64,000 bases of DNA, taken from positions 30,566,001 through 30,630,000 of the forward strand of contig NC_091478.1 in assembly GCF_036971445.1 (NCBI RefSeq), written 5' to 3'. Below, piece by piece: positions 50,681-61,625 of the stretch (positions within the stretch are counted from its first letter, which is position 1; the number at the start of each line of letters is the position of its first letter). This stretch comes from Narcine bancroftii. Taxonomy: Eukaryota. The notes under the pieces are model-generated. The model was not told the DNA's origin, ran no database searches, and saw only the letters and a list, made by a program, of their open reading frames with translations. A program made the position numbers and the translations under genes.

Positions 50681-51999
50681 ACTTTCAGGGAATCTGGTGG
50701 GTGGGGGCCTGCATGTAATGCTCCAGAACTGTGCTTCTCTTCAGAGTTTGCATGTAGAAGAGGGACTCCTTCAGATTAGTACATTCATCCTGGTATAAAC
50801 CTTGAATTAGCTGTGTATTTGCCAGCTAAAATCAGAAATAAGCATGTTTTATTACCATTGCTGGAATGGCACTTTTTGCCCTCCAAATAATCCCTAATGT
50901 GGCAGTAGCCAAAAATAGATCTAGTAGCTAATGTATCACACTCACGCATAATTTATTCTGTTGTCTCTTGTACTATAAATTTCTGGTACAATTGAAAAAG
51001 GAAGAAGCTTTAAATTTAATGGGTTCTCTTGTTATGTCGATGACATTGTTACCCTGATTCCAGAAGGAGGAATATTATACATAACCCAAGAATTACATAC
51101 AATTACATTATTTTGTGACACTTTCCATATTTTAGATTTGAAGTTTAACATTGTTTAGAATGAACTAGTTAAGTTTAATTTAGTATGTTTTTAAGCATTA
51201 ATGTTAGGGAGAGGAAAGAAAGGAAGTGAAAAAAGCAGCATTAAATAAAATGATGACATTTATGGCACGGTAAGTACAATTGACAATGACAAGCGCTAAT
51301 ATTAGGAAGAATCAATCCATCCAAATTTATTTACAGGTACTGAGCAGGCTGTTTTACAAGTGGCCACAGGAGTTTGGGTTCGATTTTAACATCAGGTACG
51401 GGATAGTAAGAGCAGTAGTTTATTTTGCTTATCGCGTGGTTTTCCCATTAGACCAAATCCATTTTGAAAGGCAGGCCTCATTGGAAAGTATTCAAAGCAT
51501 AGAGATGCTGTAGGAACTCAGCCAGTCACATAGCATCCAAAGGAAGTAAAGATAGATGACTGGCATTTCAGGCTTGAGCCCTTCCTCACGGTATGAGCAC
51601 AAAAAAGGCAGGTGTCTACATTAACGCAAAAGGTGTTCATTGGATAAAGTAAGGGGACAAGGACTTTTGTCTGTTGGTTTGTACTCCTCCTGCTTCCATT
51701 CTTCCCCAACCTTTAACACAGATGCCTGCTTTGTTTTACTCATACCTTGAGAAGGTCTCAGGCCCAAAATGTGGGTAATCTAGCTTTACCTACTATGCAG
51801 TGTTCCCTCTCAGCTGTGCGCACGCACACCTGGAAATGGATTGCGTGCATGCACATGTGCACCCCCATGTGCGCACAATACTTTTCAGTGCCATTTGTGC
51901 GTGCCCATGCACACACAGCTAAAGATGCTGCAAGACTGGCTGAGTTCTTCCAACATCCCTACGTTTTGACGATATCCACAGCATCTGCAGACTCTGGTG

Positions 52000-52990
52000 T
52001 TCAAAGTAATGAGGCCCCAAACAGGTTTTTCAAGTGAGCTCACACCTCCTCCCTTATCATGGTCTGGGGGCTCAAACAGGCCTTTCAAGTGAGCCCACAC
52101 CTCCTCATTACCACGGTCTGGGGGCCCAAACAGGCCTTTCAAGTGAAGCAACATTTCACTTGTATACCTGCAGGACTGATTTACTGCATCTGGTGCTCCC
52201 TTTGTGGTCTTCACTACATCAGAGAGTCTGGTCACAGATTGGGAGCTTGCTTCACTGAACACCTCTGCTCCTTCCGCTACAACAGAGACCTTCAGTAGCC
52301 AACCATTTTAATTCTGAGTCACACTCCCAAACTCACATGATGTCCATGGCCTTTATGTATTATCTGTGGTGATACAACCACTACTATAGCCGCACTCCTA
52401 CCAGCCTACTGCAGGGGGCAACCACTGTACCTGCAGGTAGGCAACCTGGGAGGCTGGCCCCCACCATTCCAGCTGTCAATCACCAGTCCATATAAAAACT
52501 GGAACCTGCCTTTCCTAAATCACTCAGGCACATGGAACCAGAGGCTACACAGACCTAGTGTTCACCTGGTGTTCAACTTTAAGCTGATTAAAGCCTGTAG
52601 TAGTCTTCTTGAGTTTGTGTTTGTTTGCTACACCACCCTGATCACCCACAGACTGGGGACTCTCAGCCAGATGGGATTAACATCGACTTCTCTGCTTTCT
52701 ACCAACTTGCTCATCTTTTTTCCCTCCCTCTTTCCAGTTTTTCTAGTTCTTCCCATCCCTTCCCCTCCACCTACTTGACCATCCCTCCTTCCTCGATTGC
52801 TGTTGTCCCCTGCCTCCCTTCTCCACCTATTATCTCCTCTCCCCTCCATCCTTTTGTTCAGATGCCTGCCGACATTCTTCCATACCTTGTTGAAGGGCTC
52901 AAGCCCAAAATGTCAGTTTTGTATTTTCATTTTTGCTACATAAAGGAGACTGTTTGACCTGCTGAGCTTCTCCAGCATTTTGTATTTTTA
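52000..52990 (+). mobile_element. Penelope-like element 3' fragment (GIY-YIG endonuclease remnant)
   Basis: GPKQAFQVKQHFTCIPAGLIYCIWCSLCGLHYIRESGHRLGACFTEHL followed by a pyrimidine-rich 3' region. Confidence 0.8.
52365..52636 (+). mobile_element. Solo LTR inside the Penelope fragment
   Basis: tgtggtga...ctacaccac ends, TATA-like tataaaa and attaaa. No TSD visible. Confidence 0.6.
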
Positions 52991-53292
52991 TTTCAGTTTT
53001 TCATGATTTAATTCACAGACTGTCCATTCTTCACAGTAAATGACCCCCACAGATTCATAAGTAAAATAACATGATTTCCATCTATTTCTTTATTCGTTGA
53101 TAATTATATTTTAATGATAATTAGTGAGTGCAACTGTGCAATACTTTGTCATATTATTAAGTTATACAACGCAAATACAACATGGCAGACACCAAGGGCA
53201 GGACTCACAAGACCTTCTTGTTGTTGTTTTTGGTGAGCTTCTGCACTTAAAAAAATTAGCATGCACCCCTGCATCTTACCTGTTAGCCCATT

Positions 53293-53688
53293 TCCCAGGT
53301 TGCCTACCTGCAGGTACAGTGGTTGCCCCCTGCAGTAGGCTGGTAGGAGTGCGGCTATAGTAGTGGTTGTATCACCACAGATAATACATAAGGCCATGGA
53401 CATCATGTGAGTTTGGGAGTGTGACTCAGAATTAAAATGATTGGCTACTGAAGGTCTCTGTTGTAGCGGAAGGAGCAGAGGTGCTCAGTGAAGCAAGCTC
53501 CCAATCTGTGACCGGACTCTCCGATGTAGTGAAGACCACAAAGGGAGCACCAGATGCAGTAATTCAGTCTTGCAGGTATACAAGTGAAATGTTGCTTCAC
53601 TTGAAAGGCCTGTTTGGGCCCCCAGACCGTGGTAAGGGAGGAGGTGTGGGCTCACTTGAAAGGCCTGTTTGGGGCCTCATTACTTTGA
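53293..53688 (-). repeat. Inverted duplicate of ~52001-52451
   Basis: Reverse complement including the Penelope/LTR junction, flanked by 34-bp direct repeats. Confidence 0.92.
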
Positions 53689-55659
53689 GCACCTCTGCGT
53701 CTTACCTGTTAGCCCATTTCCCCACTTCTACCCCCCCCCCCAACCCCCTCACCCCATCTTTTTATTCAGACATCCACCTATTTTTCTTAATTCCTGACAA
53801 TGGATTCAAGACCGAAACTTTGATTACCTTTTACTTCCTATGAATGCTACATGACCTGCTAAGTTTCTCCAGCATCTTTGTTTATTGCATGCCTCGCAAA
53901 TAGCCATTAAGAGATGCAAACATTTCAAAGCCCCTCTACAGCTTCAAGCTGGTAATGTTAGAAGAGAGGCCAAAGGAGCTCCCCTCCCCCCAGTCCTGAA
54001 CTTCGAGGACCCCCAGTTCTTGTGATCAGTTCAGACTAGCTGAGGGAGTGCATGATTTGTCAAATTGTTCATTCTGCTTTTGAGAGAGTGGTATCAGAGA
54101 TTTTGAGAATGAAGCCCATTGTCCTGAAAGAAGTGTGGGAAATGCAGCCAGCACTAGTTGGGAAGGAAGCAGCTCATTCAACAGCATGATCTGTCTCATC
54201 AAGAGACCCTGAAACCAATGTTCTGAACTAGGTGCAAGAGTGCATACTGATCAGGAATGTTATTTATAATGCTGAAGAAAGACGTCAGCTCACAGAAATT
54301 CCATATACTTTCTTCACAACCACAGAACAGGAGCGGAAGATAATTATTGCTATTTCTCATTGTTAAATTTAGGAGGAATTGCAAGGAGCTCATTGCTATA
54401 TTTAAGAATTTGGAGTAGATTTAGGATGGAGATGAAGAGGAACTGTTTTTTCCCCCCCAGCAAGTATCGAATCTGTTGAATTCCCTGCTAGGTAAAGGAG
54501 TAAAGGCTGGCTTATTAAATATATTTAAAACAGTGTTCAATAGATTTTTGCATAGTGAGGGAAAAAGCAAGTCGATGGAGCTGAGTCCATGGGCAGATCA
54601 GCCATGAACTTACTGAATAGTGGAGCAGGCATGACAGGCCAGATGGCTGATTCCTGCTCGTATTTCTGATGTTTTTCTGCAACAAATAAGTTTACAGCTT
54701 CACTGCAGCTGGTACATAGAAGAACATTTACTGCAATTACTTAAATAGATCAGTCCATCTGCTCACTGTGGTGTTGGCTTTGTTAAGCTCTGCTAGTCCC
54801 ACACTGAGCTAATGCATGTATGTTCCACTGACTTTTCACCGGAAATGGTGTCATATAAATTTACAAGGATGTTACCAGGACTGCAATATTTTAATTATGA
54901 GGACTTATTAAATACAATTCTGCTGTTTTCTTTGGAGCAGCAGAGGTTTAATTGAATTACTTAAATTTATGAGGAGCCTAGATGGCATAAATATGAAGAG
55001 CCCATGCTTGAAGCAAGAGGTTAATAGATAAGGCGCAACAATTAAATGTAATTGGTAGAAGGATTAGAGGAATGCTAAGGGAATCGTCCTCCCCCACAAC
55101 ATGATAGGAGTCTGCAATTGGTTGCTGTTACAGCCCCAGCAATCAGGCCTGGGGCTTGAATCCCACACTGACTGTAAGGAGTTTGTATATTCTCCCCATG
55201 GTTCCGCTTGGCCTCACCTACCACCTGACCTGTCACCACATCCAACATATCGTTTTCCACCTCCTTCAATGGTAATACAGTATCCTCCCTTCCCCTACCC
55301 ACACCATTTTCATTAAGGACTCTCCTCAGCTCCATTGACCAAACAACCCTTCCCCCAAATCATTGCCTCAATACCTACCCCTGCTATTACAAAAAGTGCT
55401 ACACTTATGCATGCACCTTCTCCATCACCACTATTCGGGTCTCCAATCAGTCCTTCCAAGTGGATCAACACCACCCATGAATTCGTTTGGGCCATTTACT
55501 GCACCAAGTATTCCCGATACGCCCTCCTCTACATTGGGGAGACTGGACGTAAACTTGTAAATTGCTTCATTGAGCCCCTTCACTCTGTCTGCTGCTACAG
55601 CAAGTATGTCCCAGTAGCCAATATTTAAGTTCTGCACCCCAAGTTGAGGCCACCCATAA

Positions 55660-56420
55660 ATTGGACATTTTGGAAAGAAAAACCAGACAGCTGAGAACAG
55701 GGTTAATGGTTGGTTACTTAACACTTGAGGGACCTTGGGGTTCAAATCCATACATTCCTCAAGGTCGCCACACAGGATAGTTAAGAAGGCCTATGGGATG
55801 CGATGCTTCATTAATAGGGGTATTGAGTTTAGGAGAGGAGAGGTCATGTTGCAACTCTACAAATCTCTGGTAAGACCACACTTAGAGTATGGTGTTCAGT
55901 TCTAGTTACCTCGTTATAGGAAGGATGTGGAAGCTGTAGAAAGGGTGCAGAGGAGGTTTACAAGGATGTTGTCTGGATTGGAAAATAAGTCTTAGAACAC
56001 AAGGTTTGCAGAGCTGGGACTTTTTGGAGCGCAGAAGGAGAAGAGGAGACTTAATAGAGGTCTACAAGATTATGAGAGGCATAGATAGGGTGGACAGACA
56101 GCACCTTTCCCCCAGGGTAGAAATAGCAAACACCAGGGAACTTTGCTATAAAGTAAAGGGAGGAAAATTTATGGGAGACATTAGGGGTGTTTTTTTTGCT
56201 CAGAGAGTTGTGGGTGCCTGGAAAGACTTGCCGGGGTGGTGATGGAGGCTGAAACATTAGGGACATTTAAGAGACCCTCAGACAGGCACATGGATGAAAG
56301 AAAAATAGAGGGTTATGAAGCAGTAAGGGCTTAGTACTTTTTTTTGGTAGAAATATATAGGTCAGCATAACATCGAGGGCCAAAGGGCCTCTACTCTAAT
56401 GTTCTCTACTCCATGCTCTA
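55660..56420 (+). mobile_element. CR1 3' fragment
   Basis: LERRRRRGDLIEVYKIMRGIDRVD...FFAQRVVGAW. Confidence 0.85.
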
Positions 56421-56423
56421 TGC

Positions 56424-56798
56424 CAGTGGTTATCAACCTTTTTCTTTCTACTCACGAACCACTTTAAGTATTCTCTAAGCCTTAGGTGCTCTGTGATTAG
56501 TAAAGGATTACTTAAGATGGTGCATGGGTGGAAAGAAAAAGTTTGAAAACCACTGTTTTGATCATCCCTAATTGACTCGTTATGTGCACGGTTTCATAGC
56601 TCCAAAGGAAATGGGCCAGTGCCAATTTTTCTCAAGCGAAATATTTTGGTTACAATTGGATCTAGAGCAGTGATTCTCAACTTTCCCTTCCCACTCACAT
56701 CCCACCTTAAGCACTCCCTTACTAATCACAGAGCACGGATGGCAGAGGGATTACTTACAGTGGGATGTGAGAGGAAAGAAAAAGGTTGAGAACCACTG
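56424..56798. mobile_element. hAT-type MITE, dimeric form (copy 3)
   Basis: Perfect 8-bp TSD ctctatgc (56416-56423 and 56799-56806), with cagtggtt...aaccactg TIRs. Confidence 0.92.
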
Positions 56799-58159
56799 CT
56801 CTATGCTTATACTTTATCTTCTGTCTCAACAGTCTCCAACCAGCAGCATCAAGATTGACCTCTAATTTCTGGTAATCCCCTACCCCAGTCTTCTTTCATC
56901 TCTGTTTCCCTTCCTCCAGTGCCCTACCCTTTCCCTTCCTTCTCCTATCAGAGTTCTCTTTCTTAACCTTCAACTCTCTCCCCCATCATTTTCTCAGCTT
57001 CTTTCTCTTCTCCCCTCTCATCTACATCCACCTGTTACCTATTGGCTTTGCCCCACTCTCCCCCTCACCTTTTTTTTAAAATCAGCCCTTATGAAGAAGA
57101 GCCCAAATGTCAACTGCCTTTTACTTTCTATGGATGATGCATGAGATGCTGAGTTTCTCAAGCATTTCTATGTACTGCTTTGGGCTCCTTAAAGGTTTAT
57201 CTGATGTTGGGTGATCCATCATGCACAAGTACAAGTTAAATGGCATGGACAGAAAATTGCATAATGTGAAAAAAATGATTGACTGGGATTATTTCTACCA
57301 TTGCAAAGGAGGCTGTGAACTGTTTTAATCAAGGTTTTAAAATCATGAAGGTTCATGTGAATATAAATTGGGAAAATTATTTCCCCTGGTTGGGGAATTA
57401 GAGATGAAAGAACTTCAATTTAAAATGATTACTAAGGCATCAGGGAGGCAAGTTAAGATAAATATCTTGATGTAGCACAGAATTCTCTGACACTAGTCGC
57501 TGTTATGGAGGAAAGGGTTGATCCAATTAATAGAAAATAGTTTTAAAAATAGGATACAGAGTGGTGGAGATGGATTGTACATTCAATCCAGAATAAATCC
57601 AATGCACCAACATTCCTTGATTGGGGGGTGGGGTGGGGGGGGGGGAGAGGGAAGATGGAAAGGAAGATTTTTGACAGGCCTTTAGAAAATAAAGTAGGAT
57701 TTTCCAGTTTTTCACCATTATCAAAGCACGTCAATTGAAACATATAACTACAATAGAAATAGATGCAGTCACCATAAGTAAAGTGGTTTCTGGCAACCGT
57801 GCTTTCTTTTGCCACTGCCACACCCATTCCCCCTCAAATGAATTTTAGTTTCAATTGTGTAGGAATGAGGCTGGTGGTAGACAGTCATAGAATTGTGGTA
57901 GATATTGTATTGTTGAATGGAGGATACTCATCTGTTTTACTTCCTGTCTCTGACATGTCACTTTTGTGCATGTTGCATATGTGTAGCGAGGGGCCTAACA
58001 TGTTGATTTCCTCGTTAGCAGCTATTCAGCACAAGTAATTTCAGGAGGACTCCACAAGCCCTTCTAAGCACCTGACAGCATCTCACATTATGAGGAAAGA
58101 AGAAGTGACCTCTGAATCCAACCAATGCTGGAAGTTTTTGAGTTGTGAAAAACAATACA

Positions 58160-59612
58160 CTTAAAGCCCTTCAAAATCACTCTGGCTATCATCGTCTGAG
58201 GCAAAGACGGTAGCCAGCACATCCATTCTCTCACTGTTTAAACAGTCATCATATGTGTCCCAGTCTGTATCTGATGAGGCGGTTTCAACTTTGTCGTCAG
58301 TGTCCCGCATTAAGCCACCTTCCGTGCCATCGATTGCACAAGAGATAATGCTCTTTTTAAATTATTTTATCACAGCCTCTACTTTAACTTTACCTTGAGC
58401 ATGGTTACACAGTATAACAAGTGATGCAGCATGCATTGCCCCACCTCCATGTATTCCATTCGTTATGCACATGGTCTTTGAATGGCTTGTTCAAGCAGAC
58501 ATCAAGAGGTTGCAATATAGATGTCAAACCACCTGGGATAATCGCCATGTAAGTATTATGTACTGCTAACTGAGAAAACTAAATTTAGATTAAGTGGCTA
58601 TGAAATATATCCCAGACCAACAAATCCATTCGTTGCATAAACCACCTGGCCGCCTGTTCCGTGCATTACCTATCCATCGTTTTACACCATTTTCGTCCAT
58701 CCAACCTTTTTCATGGAAATGTAGAAAAATACCTGTAGGGAATTTCATTTTCAGTTTAATTTTGTGTTTGAAGATTACGTTGGGTCTTAATTTGTCCTGT
58801 TGGCCATGTACGATAACACCACGGTAAACCTGGTCCTTTCATGGCCTGTACTTCTGGTTTGCACAGTTTTAACACCTTTCCATTCCACTGTTCTATTGCC
58901 TATCATATCGAAATTCATGGGGGTTTCGTCCATGTTTCTGTTATTTGCCAATGCAAACTGATATTTCTGCTGGTTCTGTAATAATAAACTGATCCAGATC
59001 TTTTGGTAGTTTCTGTGCAATTTTTGTTTTTTGGTATAATACCAGATTTTTCCTGTTCATGAAACGATTGCACCAGCCTCAAAATCTTTACTGAGGTCTG
59101 GGTGTGACTTTGTCCACTGCAGTGCAAATGCTCGTTATTTTCCAACTCTGGCCAAAGAGTGATTCCTTTGCTCAATGAACATTGACTTTTTGGTATTTTT
59201 ATTAAAGTCTATTCTTTCTTCCTCCGATCTCTTACCAACTTCTCATAATCATCAAATTTTCATGCAACAACGCAGTTGTTGGTTTTCTTGACCACTTCTA
59301 TCACTTTCAATTTAAAACTCGCTTCATACATGCATCGCGAGTCGCGTTGTGTTGATGGACCCTCCATGATAGCAATCACCTTCAGTAGATCAATCCGCGC
59401 GATCTATGGGGGTCGACGTATACGCCAGTCAATGGCCCATCTCGGGCATCGCGAGCTTTGGGGATCAACTTATACACTGGTCAATGAACCCACTCAGGCA
59501 TCCAGAAAATTGAGGTCAACTTATACACCGTATATACCATAAAACCCTTAAAATGAGGCTGAAAATGGGAGTCAACAAATGCCAGTTGACTTCTACACTG
59601 AAGTGTACAGTA
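58160..59612 (-). mobile_element. pogo-family DNA transposon relic (POGK-like transposase pseudogene)
   Basis: YEASFKLKVIEV (Brinker-like DNA-binding domain), WPELE, NMDETPMNFD...STGHERTRFTVVL and LQPLDVCLNKPFK. Degenerate left end at about 59612. Confidence 0.85.
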
Positions 59613-60831
59613 TGTACAATCTTACCATTTATTTCCTAGGGTTCAGAACTGAAATTGGTCGTTTCTACCCATGGATGCTGCCTTCCCCACTGAATTCTTC
59701 CAGCAATCTTTTGCTCAAGATTCCAACATCTGCAGCTTTTGTGCTTCTCTACATTAGTCATACAATCTCACACATTGCAATGATTGTGCATCAGAATATA
59801 GATGAACTTTCTGCTCTTGAAGCAAATGCAAGGTAAGTGCCAAGGAATTCATCTCTGTTTGATTGTAATCAGCGTGACAGCACATTTCACTTTGCTTTTG
59901 AAATTCAACCTCCTGGATCAGATCCACAGATCCATAGAACATTACAGCATAGAAAATAGGCCCATCGGCCTTTCTCGCCTGTCCAGAACTATTATTCTGC
60001 CTTGTCTCACTGACCAGCACCCATTCCATTATCCCTCAAAATTCCTCCTATCCATGTACTAGTCCAAAATGTTGTTAAAAATGTTAAAATTGAGCCCATA
60101 TTCACCACTCTCTGTGTCAAGAAGTTTCCCCAAATGTTCCCCCTAAACTTCTTCCCCTTCACCTTTAACCCATGTCCTCTGGTTTGTATCTCATCTACCC
60201 TCAGTGTAAAAAGCCTATGTCCATTTACTCTTATCTATACCAATCATAATTTTGTATGACTCTATGAAATCTCAACTCATTCTTTAGCGCTTCAGGAAAT
60301 ACAGTCCTAACTATCTAACCTTTCCCCGTAACTCAGTTCTTCAAGCCCCAGCGACATCCTTGTAAATCTTCTCTGCACTCTTTCAATTTTATTAATATTT
60401 TTCCTGTAGTTAGATGACCAAAACTGTACACAATGCTCAAAATTTGGGCTCACCAATGTCTTATACAACTTTACCATAACATTCCAACTCCTGTACTCAA
60501 TACTTTGATTTATTAAGGGCAATGTGCTCTCTTTACAACCCTATCCACTTTCAGAATCAGTATACGCTTATTGTCACAAACATATGTCATGACAGTTTTG
60601 TTTTGCAGCAGTGATGTTGTGCAGAACAAGGTGCAAAATTACTATAAATTATTATTTTGTAAAAACAAGTCTAAAAATAATAAATAATCAGTACAAAAAA
60701 GAGAAAAAGTGAGGTAGCGTCCATAGGTTCATTGTCTGTTCAGTAATCCGATGGCAGAGGGGAAGAAGCTGTTTTTGTAACATTGAGCATGTGTCTTAAG
60801 GCTCCTGTAGTTCCTTCCTGATGGTAGCAGT

Positions 60832-61625
60832 AGATTCTTTTATTGTCATGTAGCAAAACAGCTGAAATATTGCACAAAATTGACTTTAGTCTACTGTAAG
60901 GCAGTCAAAGATTTGCCATCAGCAGAAATTGTCCAGCACCCCTTACAGTCAGAGAAGGAGAAGCTAAAGAGAGTGTCCCCCCGCCCCCCCCCCGAGTTAC
61001 TGTGTCCATAGATTCGCCTCCAGTACTTCTGCAGTCTCCACAGCCATGCAGCCTTAAGTCTAAATCAGTGGCTTTCAAATTTTTTCTTTTCACTCACATA
61101 CCACCTTAAGTAATCCTTATGCCATAGATGCTCTGTGATTAGTAAGGGATTACTTAAGGTGGTATGTGCGCAGAAAGAAAAGGTTTAAAAACCACTGGTC
61201 TAAACCATTGGCAATTCAAGCTCCAGATCCAAATCCCTGACACAATCATGATACCTTCAGCACCCTTGGCACCCTCTCATACCCTGATTTCGATACCTGG
61301 TACCCCTTCAGCCAGTCTCCAGCAGCCACAGCCTAGAGTGAATCCTTTGACTGTAGTCACCAACAGTCCATAGCCTGCATGGATTCCTCGCATCCCGCCA
61401 CCTGTGCGTTCTTCTTCAGCCGTAGAGCTCCTCATTGGTCTGCTGCCACGGTCACCGTCCTGTAGTCTCCCCATTACTGGTGCCCTGGGCCAGCCCTCTG
61501 CTTCCTTGGAATCTGCAACCTGAGGCTGCTGCCAGACACAGGCACCACTATCTTGGGCCCAAGCCCTGTGGTCGCAGGATTTTAAAATAAAACACTGTCT
61601 GGTCTTTTAACAATCCATTAAAAAC
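60832..61625 (-). mobile_element. Non-autonomous retroelement, copy 3
   Basis: Reverse complement of blocks in 29461-30277 (ttattttaaaatcctg, aagat(g/a)gtgg, gacaataaaagaatct). Confidence 0.6.
61066..61197. mobile_element. hAT-type MITE, monomeric 132-bp form
   Basis: Single palindromic unit with TSD gtctaaat/gtctaaac. Confidence 0.85.

Larger units (their letters stand above)
55230..57170 (+). mobile_element. Penelope-like fragment interrupted by a CR1 (~55640-56420) and a hAT MITE
   Basis: LLYIGETGRKL GIY-YIG motif at about 55520. The Penelope-type tail resumes after 56810. Confidence 0.65.

Noticed and set aside
59795-59838. Plus-strand 38-nt candidate exon ending in a strong donor AAG|GTAAGT
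   Set aside because: Weak acceptor tract, no recognisable peptide and no partner exons.
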